NCBI GenBank assembly: GCA_963701665.1
Contig: OY969622.1
Coordinates: 1-64,000 of the forward strand
Source: Candidatus Babeliales bacterium
GTDB taxonomy: Bacteria > Babelota > Babeliae > Babelales > JANWKD01
Direction of reading: 5' to 3'
DNA length: 64,000 nucleotides
Made by a program: the position numbers and the translations under genes
Part shown: piece by piece, positions 30,552 to 41,333 of the stretch
How positions within the stretch are numbered: the first letter of the stretch is position 1
How the letters are laid out: each line of letters begins with the position of its first letter
The notes under the pieces: generated by a model
The model's database searches: none
Seen by the model: the letters and a program-made list of their open reading frames with translations, nothing else
Told to the model about the DNA's origin: nothing

Positions 30552-32777
30552 TTAGAATCTATATTCAAGACCAATGTTGATGGTATATGCATTATTATCA
30601 CCAAGCAATGGTATAGTATCGACGCCAGTAACATCAGCACGATCCAAGATGCGCTGTTGTTCTTTGCTCAATGGTGTCCCCTTAATATCTTTAAAGTGTC
30701 CACCAGGAAAGAATACAGATCCCACAAAGAAGAATTTAAAATCGCGAACCAACTCAAGATCAAAGAATGTGTTAATTTCAGTACCCAAGTAGTTACGCGC
30801 AAATTCATCCGGTGAACTTAGTTTAGTGATAATATCAAACTTCTTGGTTGCAAACTGTTGCCAATAGGAAAGAATGTTAGGACGGAAATTAAAATTCTTT
30901 TTAAAATTCTTAGGCGACCACAAATACGATGCACCGACAAATGCAATGTTAGTAAACCCTGAAACATTCGTTGGAAGTTTATCAATAACGCGAGAACCAG
31001 TTGGTGTTGAAAGTGGACGAGGAATTCTGCCAGCACCACCAAGCAAGAAGGCACTTTGAATACGGTCACCCGTATAAATTTCTTGCAATGGAATAAACCC
31101 TTTATAATTTCCGTCAACGTTACTATCATTTGGATTTGCAATATCAACATTAGGATCCTCGTCACCAGAAGCGACACCGCCCCCAAGTGCTACACGCATT
31201 GAACGTTGCGCAAACCAGTAGGCACCATCACCCACAATCATCCATCCTCTGAATTTATTTTTATAAGGATTTCTAAAGCGATTAAGGCTGTTATAGAGTG
31301 TTACCGTTGGCGTTGGATTACTTGGATTTGTTGGATCTGGCGCCAATCCAATAAATTGCCCATTTTGTGAAGCATTTTCTATTGATGTATCAATAATTTG
31401 TTGCACCGCAACGCCATTGGCATTTGTTGGTGCATAAATAACATTCGGTGCTTTTGGATTTATATTAGGATCGGCCGTCACCACTTGACTATCAATTAAC
31501 GTAAAGACACCAATATTATTAACATTTGCAACTAAGTTACGATCCCAACCCAGCACACTCTGATGCCCAATGTTCGCAGCACCATCAAAGCCAAAATCAA
31601 ATGAACCAAAGGTAAATTCAGCAGCCAATCCAAACGTACCTAATTTTCCGAAAGCATCAGCCGGGAATTCAACCACTTGTTCTGGATCATAATTGTATAA
31701 GAAGTATGGTTCGATCGTAACAAGATCGCAACTTGTCTTAAGCGGCATCCATTTTGCACGACCTGCAAAAACATAGTTAATATGCCATGGGCCACGCGCT
31801 TGGTCTAAAATTCGACCATATTCTTGACCATAAATATTTTCTGCCGTTACAAAAAAACTATCCGCCTTATTTCTCAACATTGCTAAATATAAATCGTAGG
31901 TCAAACAAGAAGGAACAAGATCACCGTTTAATTTATATCCAAAGGCATATTGGTTTATAGTGTTATCAGAGAAAAACCCTAAAACACCGGGGCTAACAGC
32001 ATACGCAGCACCTAAAGCAATACCACGCCCTAACTCAAAAGGAAATGCTCCAACCGTAAAATAATGATTATTTTCTAAAGGAATACCAAATGTTTCTCGT
32101 ATAGCAAATTTAAGCCACATTTCTCGCATCCAGAAAATTTGGCGCGTAATAAAATGTATATGCCCACTATCAAGACTATCCAGTGTTTTTATGCGCACAG
32201 GAGTTGTTCGTGCAATCTCAGGATTGCCCCAATTGCACTGATTACGAAGCGTCAAAAAGAAATCAACGATATCAAAACCATAAAATTCTTTACCGTAATA
32301 AATACCAATATTAACATCAATAGTGCTACGGCTGAAGAATATTTCATCTGATTTATTAGCATTATTAAGTAAATTTGCGTTTTTAGCATAGAAGGTTTCT
32401 GGTTTATATTTTACCTGAAACTTACCCGACAAATTGCCAAGATGCCAAAGTAGAGGACCTTTTGATAACGTTTTTTCAAATTCCTGATCGGGCATAGGAG
32501 CATCATCAGGGATGCCAGCTTGTTCTCTATCCTTTTCCGCTAACAATTCTTGCTGCTCAGTAATCGAATAAATATCACTGTTAAGCATTGTTTCATAAGG
32601 AAGTTCTTCATCAAGATCTTCTTCATGCACACTCGGCGATAATTGCTTTGTTACTTGACGCGTGTCAGCAATAGCATGATCTTTGGGCCGAGGGACCAGC
32701 TGCTTTGCAACAATACAGGTACTACCTATGAATGATAAAAGAGCAATGATAAGCAAAATCTTTTTTGTGCGTTGCAT
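30552..32777 (-). CDS. Outer-membrane beta-barrel-like protein
   Basis: Signal peptide, amphipathic strands, C-terminal YTINIGLEYRF. Confidence 0.7.
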   Translation of the reverse strand: MQRTKKILLIIALLSFIGSTCIVAKQLVPRPKDHAIADTRQVTKQLSPSVHEEDLDEELPYETMLNSDIYSITEQQELLAEKDREQAGIPDDAPMPDQEFEKTLSKGPLLWHLGNLSGKFQVKYKPETFYAKNANLLNNANKSDEIFFSRSTIDVNIGIYYGKEFYGFDIVDFFLTLRNQCNWGNPEIARTTPVRIKTLDSLDSGHIHFITRQIFWMREMWLKFAIRETFGIPLENNHYFTVGAFPFELGRGIALGAAYAVSPGVLGFFSDNTINQYAFGYKLNGDLVPSCLTYDLYLAMLRNKADSFFVTAENIYGQEYGRILDQARGPWHINYVFAGRAKWMPLKTSCDLVTIEPYFLYNYDPEQVVEFPADAFGKLGTFGLAAEFTFGSFDFGFDGAANIGHQSVLGWDRNLVANVNNIGVFTLIDSQVVTADPNINPKAPNVIYAPTNANGVAVQQIIDTSIENASQNGQFIGLAPDPTNPSNPTPTVTLYNSLNRFRNPYKNKFRGWMIVGDGAYWFAQRSMRVALGGGVASGDEDPNVDIANPNDSNVDGNYKGFIPLQEIYTGDRIQSAFLLGGAGRIPRPLSTPTGSRVIDKLPTNVSGFTNIAFVGASYLWSPKNFKKNFNFRPNILSYWQQFATKKFDIITKLSSPDEFARNYLGTEINTFFDLELVRDFKFFFVGSVFFPGGHFKDIKGTPLSKEQQRILDRADVTGVDTIPLLGDNNAYTINIGLEYRF

Positions 32778-32988
32778 ACAAAATCCATTTCAGGGTATAA
32801 ACTAAGAATGAGCATTAACGAAAAGATGCACGATTTACATACGAATTTTTTACGTTTGTACGACAAGGATTGCATAGAATGTATGTAAAAAAAGGTACTG
32901 TTTTCTTCACATTTGTCAAATAAAACATCAAAAAACTCACACATTGATAATACATGCACATTCCATGATTATGCATGAAAGGTTACCT

Positions 32989-33894
32989 ATGCACCAAAAA
33001 AAACCATTATTAATTGGCGCTCACATGTCCGTAGCCGGCGGTTATGATCAAGCGCTCAAAAAAGGAGAATCAATAGGTTGCACAGCCATTCAGCTTTTTA
33101 CAAAAAGTAATCGTCAGTGGTATGCAAAACCGATTACCAAAGAAGATGCTCAAAAGTTCAGAGACGCCCAAAAAACATCCACTATCGACTGCGTTGTAGC
33201 CCATGCAAGTTATCTCATTAATCTCGGATCTGCGGACAAAGCAACAGCAGAAAAATCTATACATGCCCTTATAGATGAACTAGAGCGTTGCGAGTTACTC
33301 GGCATTCCTTTTTTAGTATTACATCCCGGTTCCCTCGGCACTCTTTCAAAAGAAGATGGCAGCCGTCAAATTAGTAAAAATCTTGCTGTTGCCCTTGAAC
33401 AAGCTAACAGCACAACCATGATTTTGCTTGAAACTATGGCTGGCCAAGGCTCATCTTTTGGCTCCTCATTTCAAGAACTCGCATCCCTTTATACACAAAG
33501 CACTCACAAAAACCGTATTGGCTTTTGTTTTGATACCTGCCATGTGTTTGCAGCCGGGTATGATATGAGTACCGAGGCCTCCTACGAACAAGTATGGCAA
33601 CAGTTTGATGATATGCTGGGCATAGAACATCTCAAGGTTATTCACATGAACGATTCAAAAAAAACGTGTGCTTCACATGTGGATAGGCATGAGCACATTG
33701 GTAAAGGGCACATAGGACTGAGTTGTTTTGAACTTTTAATGAACGATTCTCGTTTTTTTTCTGTTGTCAAAATACTTGAAACACCAAAAGACGAAGAAAA
33801 CAAGGATGCTTTGGAGGATGATCTCCGGAATCTAACACAGCTAAAGGAATTAATGAATGAAGAAACTAGACGTCACTTTCAAGGAGAAGAGTAA
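32989..33894 (+). CDS. nfo: Endonuclease IV
   Basis: GAHMS, HASYLINL, HPG, LLETMAGQG, DTCH, HMNDSK, DRHEHIG, ILETP. Confidence 0.96.
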   Translation: MHQKKPLLIGAHMSVAGGYDQALKKGESIGCTAIQLFTKSNRQWYAKPITKEDAQKFRDAQKTSTIDCVVAHASYLINLGSADKATAEKSIHALIDELERCELLGIPFLVLHPGSLGTLSKEDGSRQISKNLAVALEQANSTTMILLETMAGQGSSFGSSFQELASLYTQSTHKNRIGFCFDTCHVFAAGYDMSTEASYEQVWQQFDDMLGIEHLKVIHMNDSKKTCASHVDRHEHIGKGHIGLSCFELLMNDSRFFSVVKILETPKDEENKDALEDDLRNLTQLKELMNEETRRHFQGEE

Positions 33895-33959
33895 TAGCTC
33901 AATAATTTTTGAAGAAGCTAAGAAGGAATTGTAGTCAAAGATTTTGAGCTATTACTCTT
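33887..33959. terminator. Long hairpin with 16-bp perfect arms over the nfo stop
   Basis: AAGAGTAATAGCTCAA ... TTGAGCTATTACTCTT. Confidence 0.5.
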
Positions 33960-34218
33960 ACAAAAAAGCAGTGCTTCAACTCATACTACCTAAAACCAAC
34001 TATCACAGATGGTAGAATGGAGTTTAATTAGCCAACTAACTATGAAGCTTTTTAATTTTGATTAAAAAAAAACAAAAAACAATAAAATTACCGTGCACCA
34101 TAAATGCAACAACAAAAAAAAGCCCCAAAAAAGCCAAAAAACTTTTTTGGGGTTGTTTTATTGATTTAAATTTTTAAAAAGCAACAAAAATCGCATTATG
34201 CGTTGAAAAATGCCTGCA

Positions 34219-35232
34219 TTAGAAGGCTTTTTTGCGTTTATAGAACAAACAGCTGCTCCAAATCATCATAAAAAGAATGCCTAACCCTATGAGTTCAAAG
34301 AGGGTCACCTTATTAAAGACAAAAGCGAGTGCAACAAAAAACAACAAGATCGACAGGGTAAATACGTAGACTAAAATCTCATAAGCATTCCACCCGTTAT
34401 GTTTTAGGTATAAAGAAAAATGATCAGGGCTCCCTTGATAAAAAGGAATGCCTTTTTTGGAACGCACGAGAATAAGCGTACAAACCTCAACTAAGGGAAT
34501 GGCAAGAATAATGAGCGGCGTTAAAAAACCGTGCCAATTATAGAGTCCCCAATTAAATAGAAAGGGGATTGTTGCCAAAAAACCGCCTATAAAAAGAGAA
34601 CCCGCGTCACCCAGATAAATACGAGCGTGTGGTTTATTATACCACAAGAACCCAACGAGGGCGCCCAATAAGGATCCCAGCAAAAGCGCTATATTCCCCT
34701 GATTAAACGCTAATGCGATAATCATAAATGAACTTGTTGCGTAAATTGCCAGGCTTGTCGCTAAACCATCCATCACGTCAACAAGATTAAAAGCATTTAT
34801 TATAGAAAGCATCCATAATAATGAGATGGGAATATTCCAATAACTTTTTAAAAAAAATGTTTCTTTCAAAAAAAAGCCTGCTTTGAGAAAGCATAGCGAT
34901 GCTAGACATTGGCCAAAAAATTTTTGATACGGTTTGACCACTAATACATCATCAATAAGCCCTACAAACAAAAGCAACGTTGAACCAAGGATAAATAATA
35001 GAATCTTATTTTCAAAAGGATACACAAGCGCTAATGATGTTATAAAACCTAAATATACGGCAATACCACCCAGATAAGGCGTTGGTTTTTCATGCTTTTT
35101 TATTTTGCCATCAGGAATATCGAGAACTCCCAATCGCACCGCGAAATTAGCAACAATTGGTACAATATAAAGCGTGATTAAAAGAGAAATAACGATTGCA
35201 AAAAACAATTTGATTATGAGTATTGTCGCCAC
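34219..35232 (-). CDS. MraY/WecA-family undecaprenyl-phosphate sugar-1-phosphate transferase
   Basis: KKH..PTPYLGG, GLIDD, NAFNLVDVMDGLA, IYLGDAGS; multiple TMs. Confidence 0.9.
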   Translation of the reverse strand: MATILIIKLFFAIVISLLITLYIVPIVANFAVRLGVLDIPDGKIKKHEKPTPYLGGIAVYLGFITSLALVYPFENKILLFILGSTLLLFVGLIDDVLVVKPYQKFFGQCLASLCFLKAGFFLKETFFLKSYWNIPISLLWMLSIINAFNLVDVMDGLATSLAIYATSSFMIIALAFNQGNIALLLGSLLGALVGFLWYNKPHARIYLGDAGSLFIGGFLATIPFLFNWGLYNWHGFLTPLIILAIPLVEVCTLILVRSKKGIPFYQGSPDHFSLYLKHNGWNAYEILVYVFTLSILLFFVALAFVFNKVTLFELIGLGILFMMIWSSCLFYKRKKAF

Positions 35233-35288
35233 GATGTGCTCCTTTTTTTAAGCATAGGGAACAAAATATAGCCATGTATCAAATAATA

Positions 35289-37283
35289 TTATGCAGGCAT
35301 ATCAAGGAAGCACTCGACTCTATCATCTACCTGCCAGTCATTAAAACCGTCAACAATAAATGCACACTCAAAGTCTGCGTGTACTTCTTTTACCGTTTTC
35401 CTATCGCGTTGCAAACTTTTGATGGGACCTTCGCCAATTTTATTTTTTCCACGCCATGCAATAACATAGCCATTACGCGAAAAACGCCCCTCTTTGACAT
35501 ATGATCCTGCAATGGTGCCCTCGTTTTTTGTTTCAAACACTCGTCTCACAACGGCTTCACCAATTTTTGTGCGAACCATCTTAACGGCTTGCTCTTGCTT
35601 CATCAGCAATGCGACATCATCAAGAAGGCGATAAATAATTTGAAACAATTTAACGGTAACATTATTTTTTTGAGCAAGCACAAGTGCATTTGCTTCCGGT
35701 TTAACGTGAAAACCATAAATAATTGCTTGTGTTGCAGCAGCCAAGGTAACATCGCTTTCACTAATATCACCAACAGCAGCATAGACGATATGCAATGATT
35801 TTTCACCAGCACGCGGAAGTTGATCAATAGCACCTAACAATGCTTCTTTACTTGATTTTGTATCAACTTTGATTAAAAGATTTATAGATTCACCCTGCGC
35901 AAATTTGCTCATGTCAACATCGTGCACAACGGATTTTTCTGAACGCACGTTCTTATAGCGCTCTTGAGAAACTACTTCAAAACTATCACCGGCTTCAGGC
36001 AACACAGAAAATCCTGCAACTTGAACAGGGATAGATGGAGCAACCTTCTTGAGCATGCGTCCGCGCGAATCCATCAATGAACTTACTTTGCCATGTGAAT
36101 TGCCAGCAATAAAATAATCACCAACGGCAAGAGTACCCTCATGACAGAGCACCGTTGCAACGGCACCGCGTCCTTTTTCCATCCGCGCTTCAAGAACAAA
36201 TCCTTTTGCAGGTACCGCCTCATCGGTCGTAAGTTCCATGAGTTGCGATTGTAAGATAATCATCTCAAGCAAATTATCAACACCTTGTCCTGTTTTTGCT
36301 GAAAGTGGCACAAAAAGTGTCTGCCCACCCCATTCTTCAGGTACCAAGTCATGCTGCGCAAGCTGACGCTTTACGGTCTCAATTTGCATAGGCGTTGCTT
36401 TATCAATCTTATTGACCGCAACAATAATAGGAACATTTACCGCTTTTGCATGCTTTATTGCTTCTACCGTTTGTGGCATAACACCATCATCAGCCGCAAC
36501 AACTAACACCGCAATATCAGCAACCTTTACGCCACGAGCACGCATTTTAGTAAATGCAGCATGGCCAGGAGTATCAAGGAAAACGATGTTTCCTTGCGCT
36601 GTTTCGGCTTGGTATGCACCAAGATGTTGCGTAATACCACCTTGTTCTTTTGCTGCAACTTTTGTTTTGCGAATGAAATCTAATAATGTTGTTTTACCAT
36701 GATCAACATGACCGATAATAACAACAACCGGAGAACGGCTATGCGTTTGAGCAGAGCTACGCACAAACGGCTTATGTACATCTGCCCCAACGATAGCTGG
36801 TTGCATTGTTTTTATGCCATAATGGCGCGCAATATGCTCAATTGTTTTTATTGGAAGTAATTGATTTTTAGGAGATACGAAACCCTGCTTTAAAAGCGCA
36901 ACGATAACCTCGCTTACTGGCTTGTGCATTTTGTGTGCAACTTGTGCCACTGTCATTGGCTCAAGCACTAAAACAATCTCACTGCCGTTTTTTGCAGAAG
37001 ATTGTACTGGTTGTTGTGCAACCCTTGGCGCTTCAACAACATGCTGAACAGCAACAGGTTGTGCTTGTTTTTCAGGAATTATTTTTGAAACAGGTTTTGG
37101 TTTTTCAGGTTCTTGCACCGTTTGCTTTTGAGGAGTCCCTGATGCCGGTTTTGTTACGAGATCAATTGCCTCTTGCGAAAGGGCAGACATATGGGTAAGG
37201 CCTTCAAAACCTGCATGCTGCAATTTGTCAATCAACTCTTTATTTGATAACCCAATTTTTTTTGAGAGTTCGTATACACGCAT
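35289..37283 (-). CDS. infB: Translation initiation factor IF-2
   Basis: [40 protein letters not shown]. Confidence 0.97.
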   Translation of the reverse strand: MRVYELSKKIGLSNKELIDKLQHAGFEGLTHMSALSQEAIDLVTKPASGTPQKQTVQEPEKPKPVSKIIPEKQAQPVAVQHVVEAPRVAQQPVQSSAKNGSEIVLVLEPMTVAQVAHKMHKPVSEVIVALLKQGFVSPKNQLLPIKTIEHIARHYGIKTMQPAIVGADVHKPFVRSSAQTHSRSPVVVIIGHVDHGKTTLLDFIRKTKVAAKEQGGITQHLGAYQAETAQGNIVFLDTPGHAAFTKMRARGVKVADIAVLVVAADDGVMPQTVEAIKHAKAVNVPIIVAVNKIDKATPMQIETVKRQLAQHDLVPEEWGGQTLFVPLSAKTGQGVDNLLEMIILQSQLMELTTDEAVPAKGFVLEARMEKGRGAVATVLCHEGTLAVGDYFIAGNSHGKVSSLMDSRGRMLKKVAPSIPVQVAGFSVLPEAGDSFEVVSQERYKNVRSEKSVVHDVDMSKFAQGESINLLIKVDTKSSKEALLGAIDQLPRAGEKSLHIVYAAVGDISESDVTLAAATQAIIYGFHVKPEANALVLAQKNNVTVKLFQIIYRLLDDVALLMKQEQAVKMVRTKIGEAVVRRVFETKNEGTIAGSYVKEGRFSRNGYVIAWRGKNKIGEGPIKSLQRDRKTVKEVHADFECAFIVDGFNDWQVDDRVECFLDMPA

Positions 37284-37358
37284 ATGTTTTAATTTTACCC
37301 TATGAAAGAAATTTTATGTTACATGACCATGCGTTGATTTTTCGCATCATCCCTATGC

Positions 37359-38414
37359 TCAATGATCAAGGTGCTCATCTTCATGCTGACTGAGCTTATT
37401 TGAACCACTTTGTACCAAGTGAATATTTACTCCCGTTAGTTGGGATGCCAATGAAATATTTTGTCCCATTTTGCCGATTGCGAGTGACCGCTGATCTTCT
37501 TCTAAAAAAACGTTTGCATTTCTAGCATCAACCATCTCAACACGCGATACAGCTGCTGGTTTTAAAGCATCTCTGACGAGAAGCTCAGGAGAATCATGCC
37601 ACGAAATAATATCGATTTTTTCTGTGCCAAGCTCTTTGAGAATTGGTTTTATACGTACACCACCAACACCAACACAGGTACCGACAGGATCTATGTTAGC
37701 ATCATGAGAAACAACGGCAACCTTTGATTTGTAGCCGGGAATTCTCACTACTTTCTTTATCTCAACCAACTTTTCAAAAACCTCAGGAATTTCTAATTCA
37801 AATAGCTTTTCGATGAACATAGGCGACACGCGATCCAAAATCAGCTGATTATCATTTTTAGGTTCAGGCAATACATCCTTCAAAAGGACCCGAATGGAGA
37901 ACCCAACCGCACATTTTTCACCAGGAATCGTGAGCGATTTTGGTAAAAAGGCAAGGGCATCTTCAATTTTAACAATTACACCATTACGCTCACACTTGTG
38001 AACTATGCCATGAACAATAGTGCCTTTTTTATCTTTAAATTCATTGTAAATTGCTTCGGCTTCAATATGCCTAATTTGATGAGCAATAACCTGCTTTGCA
38101 CGCAAAATTTCAATACGCCCGATTTTTCCTTCAAAAGGAACCCAGATTGTATCGCCCGCTGCAATATCAGGATTTATATTTTTAGCTTTTCGGAAACTAA
38201 TTTCAGTATCTTCATGAGTAACGGTTGGCACCACGGTTTTTTGGACATTAACCGCTATTTCGTCAGATTTCTTATCGTAATCGACCTGGAAGTGGAGGTC
38301 TGGATAGCGTTTGGCATATGCAGCAAGCATGCCTTCGCAAATAATAGAACTGAGAACAGAGCGCTCTAAGCCTTTCTCTTCGACGAGCTCTTCAATAACC
38401 TGAAAAAGTTTCAC
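37359..38414 (-). CDS. nusA: Transcription factor NusA
   Basis: S1 and KH domains; LFELEIPE, DPVGTCVG..G.RI, SLAIGKMGQN. Confidence 0.96.
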   Translation of the reverse strand: MKLFQVIEELVEEKGLERSVLSSIICEGMLAAYAKRYPDLHFQVDYDKKSDEIAVNVQKTVVPTVTHEDTEISFRKAKNINPDIAAGDTIWVPFEGKIGRIEILRAKQVIAHQIRHIEAEAIYNEFKDKKGTIVHGIVHKCERNGVIVKIEDALAFLPKSLTIPGEKCAVGFSIRVLLKDVLPEPKNDNQLILDRVSPMFIEKLFELEIPEVFEKLVEIKKVVRIPGYKSKVAVVSHDANIDPVGTCVGVGGVRIKPILKELGTEKIDIISWHDSPELLVRDALKPAAVSRVEMVDARNANVFLEEDQRSLAIGKMGQNISLASQLTGVNIHLVQSGSNKLSQHEDEHLDH

Positions 38415-38504
38415 GATTTCCTTTGTTAAAAAATAGAAAAATTAGGGTGTGTAGTTAGAAGTCTAGCAAAATTTTAGAAAAAAAGAAGGATGTTGTTGTT
38501 GGCC

Positions 38505-38840
38505 GCCTCCATTATCCACATTTTTTGGCTGGCTTATTATTAGTTATATATAATTTATTATATAAATATAATAATAGGCTAGCGCGTTTTTGTGGATAAC
38601 TTAGCCAATTTTTCTAAAAAAGGGCTAAGTTAACAGGTGTTTTCATCTGTTCTCGTATGTGGATAACCATGTGGATAACATGTGGATAACTTCAGGTGAA
38701 GGTTAAAAAATGCGATTATTGGCTTGCTTTCAGAGATACGGGCTTGGAAAGCTTCTTCAAGAGGCCCTTTTAAATGATGGCTAAAAAGTTATCCACATGT
38801 TATCCACATAGTTATCCACATAGTTATCCACATTTTCTAT
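38505..38840. other. Probable chromosomal replication origin (oriC)
   Basis: Nine perfect TTATCCACA boxes: 38512 (+); 38591, 38658, 38670, 38681 (-); 38789, 38800, 38812, 38824 (+). AT-rich tract at about 38535-38576. Confidence 0.85.
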
Positions 38841-38854
38841 GTGAAATAAACCCA

Positions 38855-39439
38855 TTATTTTGCGTTTTTTGCTAAGGAAATTGCTAATTTTATATCCTGG
38901 CAAAAATTTTTCAATTCATCGGGGTTTCTGAGGATATAGGCTGGATGGTAAGTGGGTACAACAATATACCCATTTTTGTGTTGCTGAGTGCCTCGGATTT
39001 TGGTTATTTTAGCACCGTTTTCAAGAATTGCCTCGAGTGCCACAGACCCGAGGGTAAGGATGACTTTGGGGCGTATGATATTTATTTCAGGAACTAATAA
39101 CAGTTTTTTGAAAACGGCGGCTTCTTGAGGGGTTGGCGTACGGTTGTTGGGAGGGCGACATTTAACAACATTGGTGATATAAACATCGCTGCGAGGCATT
39201 CCATCTTCCTCTAATATTTTGGTAAGTAATTGCCCCGAGCGTCCAACAAATGGACGGCCGAGCTCATCTTCTTGTTTGCCGGGCGCTTCGCCGACGAGCA
39301 CTAATGAGGCATCAGGATTTCCCTCGCCATACACAACGCGCGTTGCGCCCGTGGATTCTATGGGAAATGATGAGCAATGTGGGAATTGTGAATACAATTC
39401 GTGCAAAAGATTTTTTTTATATAATTTTGGTGTCATCAT
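38855..39439 (-). CDS. Uracil-DNA glycosylase family 4
   Basis: GEAPG..ED..GRPFVG.SG.LL, YITNVVKCRPPNNR.P, TYHPAYILR. Confidence 0.93.
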   Translation of the reverse strand: MMTPKLYKKNLLHELYSQFPHCSSFPIESTGATRVVYGEGNPDASLVLVGEAPGKQEDELGRPFVGRSGQLLTKILEEDGMPRSDVYITNVVKCRPPNNRTPTPQEAAVFKKLLLVPEINIIRPKVILTLGSVALEAILENGAKITKIRGTQQHKNGYIVVPTYHPAYILRNPDELKNFCQDIKLAISLAKNAK

Positions 39440-39559
39440 GTGAACTAATACTGGTTGTTGGTTTAATCAATACAACAGTATTAGCCTACAGAAAACATGG
39501 TGGAAAGTCATTAGCTGTGTTGTTGGCGCTGTGTGCAAAATAACATTTTAAACAACGTT

Positions 39560-39665
39560 GTCATTGCGAGCGAATGCGTGGCAACCCAGCTTATAAAATT
39601 AATTCATTAAAAAGGGAACTGATTAAAGTTCTGGGTCACCACGGAGCTTTGCTCCTCGTGATGAC
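39560..39665. repeat. RPE/REPIN-like palindromic element
   Basis: GTCATTGCGAGC...GTGGCAACCCAG...CTGGGTCACCACG...CTCGTGATGAC. Confidence 0.9.
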
Positions 39666-39711
39666 ATGATGTGATTTAACGACTGTGGTTCATGCAGCAA
39701 ATATAGATTCG

Positions 39712-41268
39712 TTACAGTTGTATATATTGTGCAATGAAATTGCCCCAATTATTAGTTTGTGCAAATTTTGTGTGTGCATAAGAACCATGAATGCGTTGCT
39801 CGGGGAAATATATAGAGATGCCGCGTGCTTTTGAAAGACCGTGTCCTACAACGTTGGCAATAACCATTTTTTGTATGAGGTCAAGCCCTTGTTGCAATGT
39901 TTTTATTAAATCAGTATGAATTTTGTTGTTTGAGCGTCCATTGGTATATTGAAAACGATTTATATTATTAAGGACATTTGTATAAAAATGATGTAAATCA
40001 ATAAAGCTTTGCTCAACAAACTGTGTGCAGTATAATTTATGTCTACTTGCTTTTAATGCATCGCGAACCTTGTTGCTTTTTTCAACTTTTAATGCTTCCA
40101 ATAGGAGTTTTGCAACAGTATCTATATTGTCTTCAAGCTGCGGCAATAATTCTAATGCAACAGCAGATAGTGTGAAATCCTTGGTGATTTTATGGTACAT
40201 ATCACGAAACTCATTAACAATATGTTGCGCAAAATGAGGCATTGTCATTTTTTGTTGCGCAGCTTTTGCTAGAATAGTGTCATAGCGCCATCCTAAGGCA
40301 AGTTCCACTTCTTCTGATCCGACCATGAAATCGGCATAATCTTTGATAATGTTGCCAATTTCAACCATAGACATGAGACATGCATCGAATCCTATGATAT
40401 CAAATTTTTTGCCATCTAAGCATTCTGTGCAAATTGTTTTTAGCGCATATTCCAATCCTTGATTGGTAATGTAGCGTCCCGTTGAATCATCAAAACATAA
40501 TCCACGCGGATCAGGTAATGATTGTATTAATTCTGAAAAGAATATTGAGCGATCCAATTCAAGCATGTTAATACTCGGATTATAACGGAATAGTTTGCTC
40601 GAATTAAAGGCGCTGTATTGGCCAATATCCATGATGCCTAAACCATGATTGTTGAAAATAAGTACATAATGATCAGCAGGGAAATGTGTAATGGCAAAGC
40701 GACAAAATTTTATTAACGTTTCAGGATCGCCACTATCCATTTTTTGGGTGTTTGGATCATCAGTGTTGAGCATTACCAATTGATCTTTTTTGACATAGTA
40801 AAGTTTGGTTACTTTTTGATTACCAGCCAGACGTGTATTAAGCTCGGTAACAATATTGATAAAGTTATTTGAGCCAACTTGGGTTTGTTGATCTAAATTT
40901 TTCTTTGCAAAATAAGCAAGATTATTATCGGCAGCCATATACGTTAAAAAAGTAATGTGTCTTTTTGGTTGTATTGGAAATGAACGCAATGGAATATCAG
41001 ACATTTCTGCCTGTATGTCGGCATGCAGTTGTGCGTTAGCTTCTTCTTGGGCAGAAAGCAACGCCGTGAGTACTTCCAATAATTTATTTTGATCGGTCGT
41101 ATCGTCGGTAATTTCTTGTGTAGTGGAAGTTGTAGATTCTACCGTTGCAATTTGATCGTTAATGAGTAGTTCGGAAGTAGATTGTTCAAATGCCTCTTGC
41201 GCTAGTATTGAAGATGCTAAAAGTACTATGAATAGTGCAACATTAATTTTTATACGATTAATAACCAT
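39712..41268 (-). CDS. Secreted clostripain-family (C11) cysteine peptidase
   Basis: YMAADNNL, PADHY.LI..NHG, FDACLM, GSEE, GISIYFP; signal peptide. Confidence 0.88.
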   Translation of the reverse strand: MVINRIKINVALFIVLLASSILAQEAFEQSTSELLINDQIATVESTTSTTQEITDDTTDQNKLLEVLTALLSAQEEANAQLHADIQAEMSDIPLRSFPIQPKRHITFLTYMAADNNLAYFAKKNLDQQTQVGSNNFINIVTELNTRLAGNQKVTKLYYVKKDQLVMLNTDDPNTQKMDSGDPETLIKFCRFAITHFPADHYVLIFNNHGLGIMDIGQYSAFNSSKLFRYNPSINMLELDRSIFFSELIQSLPDPRGLCFDDSTGRYITNQGLEYALKTICTECLDGKKFDIIGFDACLMSMVEIGNIIKDYADFMVGSEEVELALGWRYDTILAKAAQQKMTMPHFAQHIVNEFRDMYHKITKDFTLSAVALELLPQLEDNIDTVAKLLLEALKVEKSNKVRDALKASRHKLYCTQFVEQSFIDLHHFYTNVLNNINRFQYTNGRSNNKIHTDLIKTLQQGLDLIQKMVIANVVGHGLSKARGISIYFPEQRIHGSYAHTKFAQTNNWGNFIAQYIQL

Positions 41269-41333
41269 GCTATCCCCCTTCTTTATATAATTATAATTAC
41301 CTTAGAACATTGCACGCTTTTCAGGCAAGAGTT

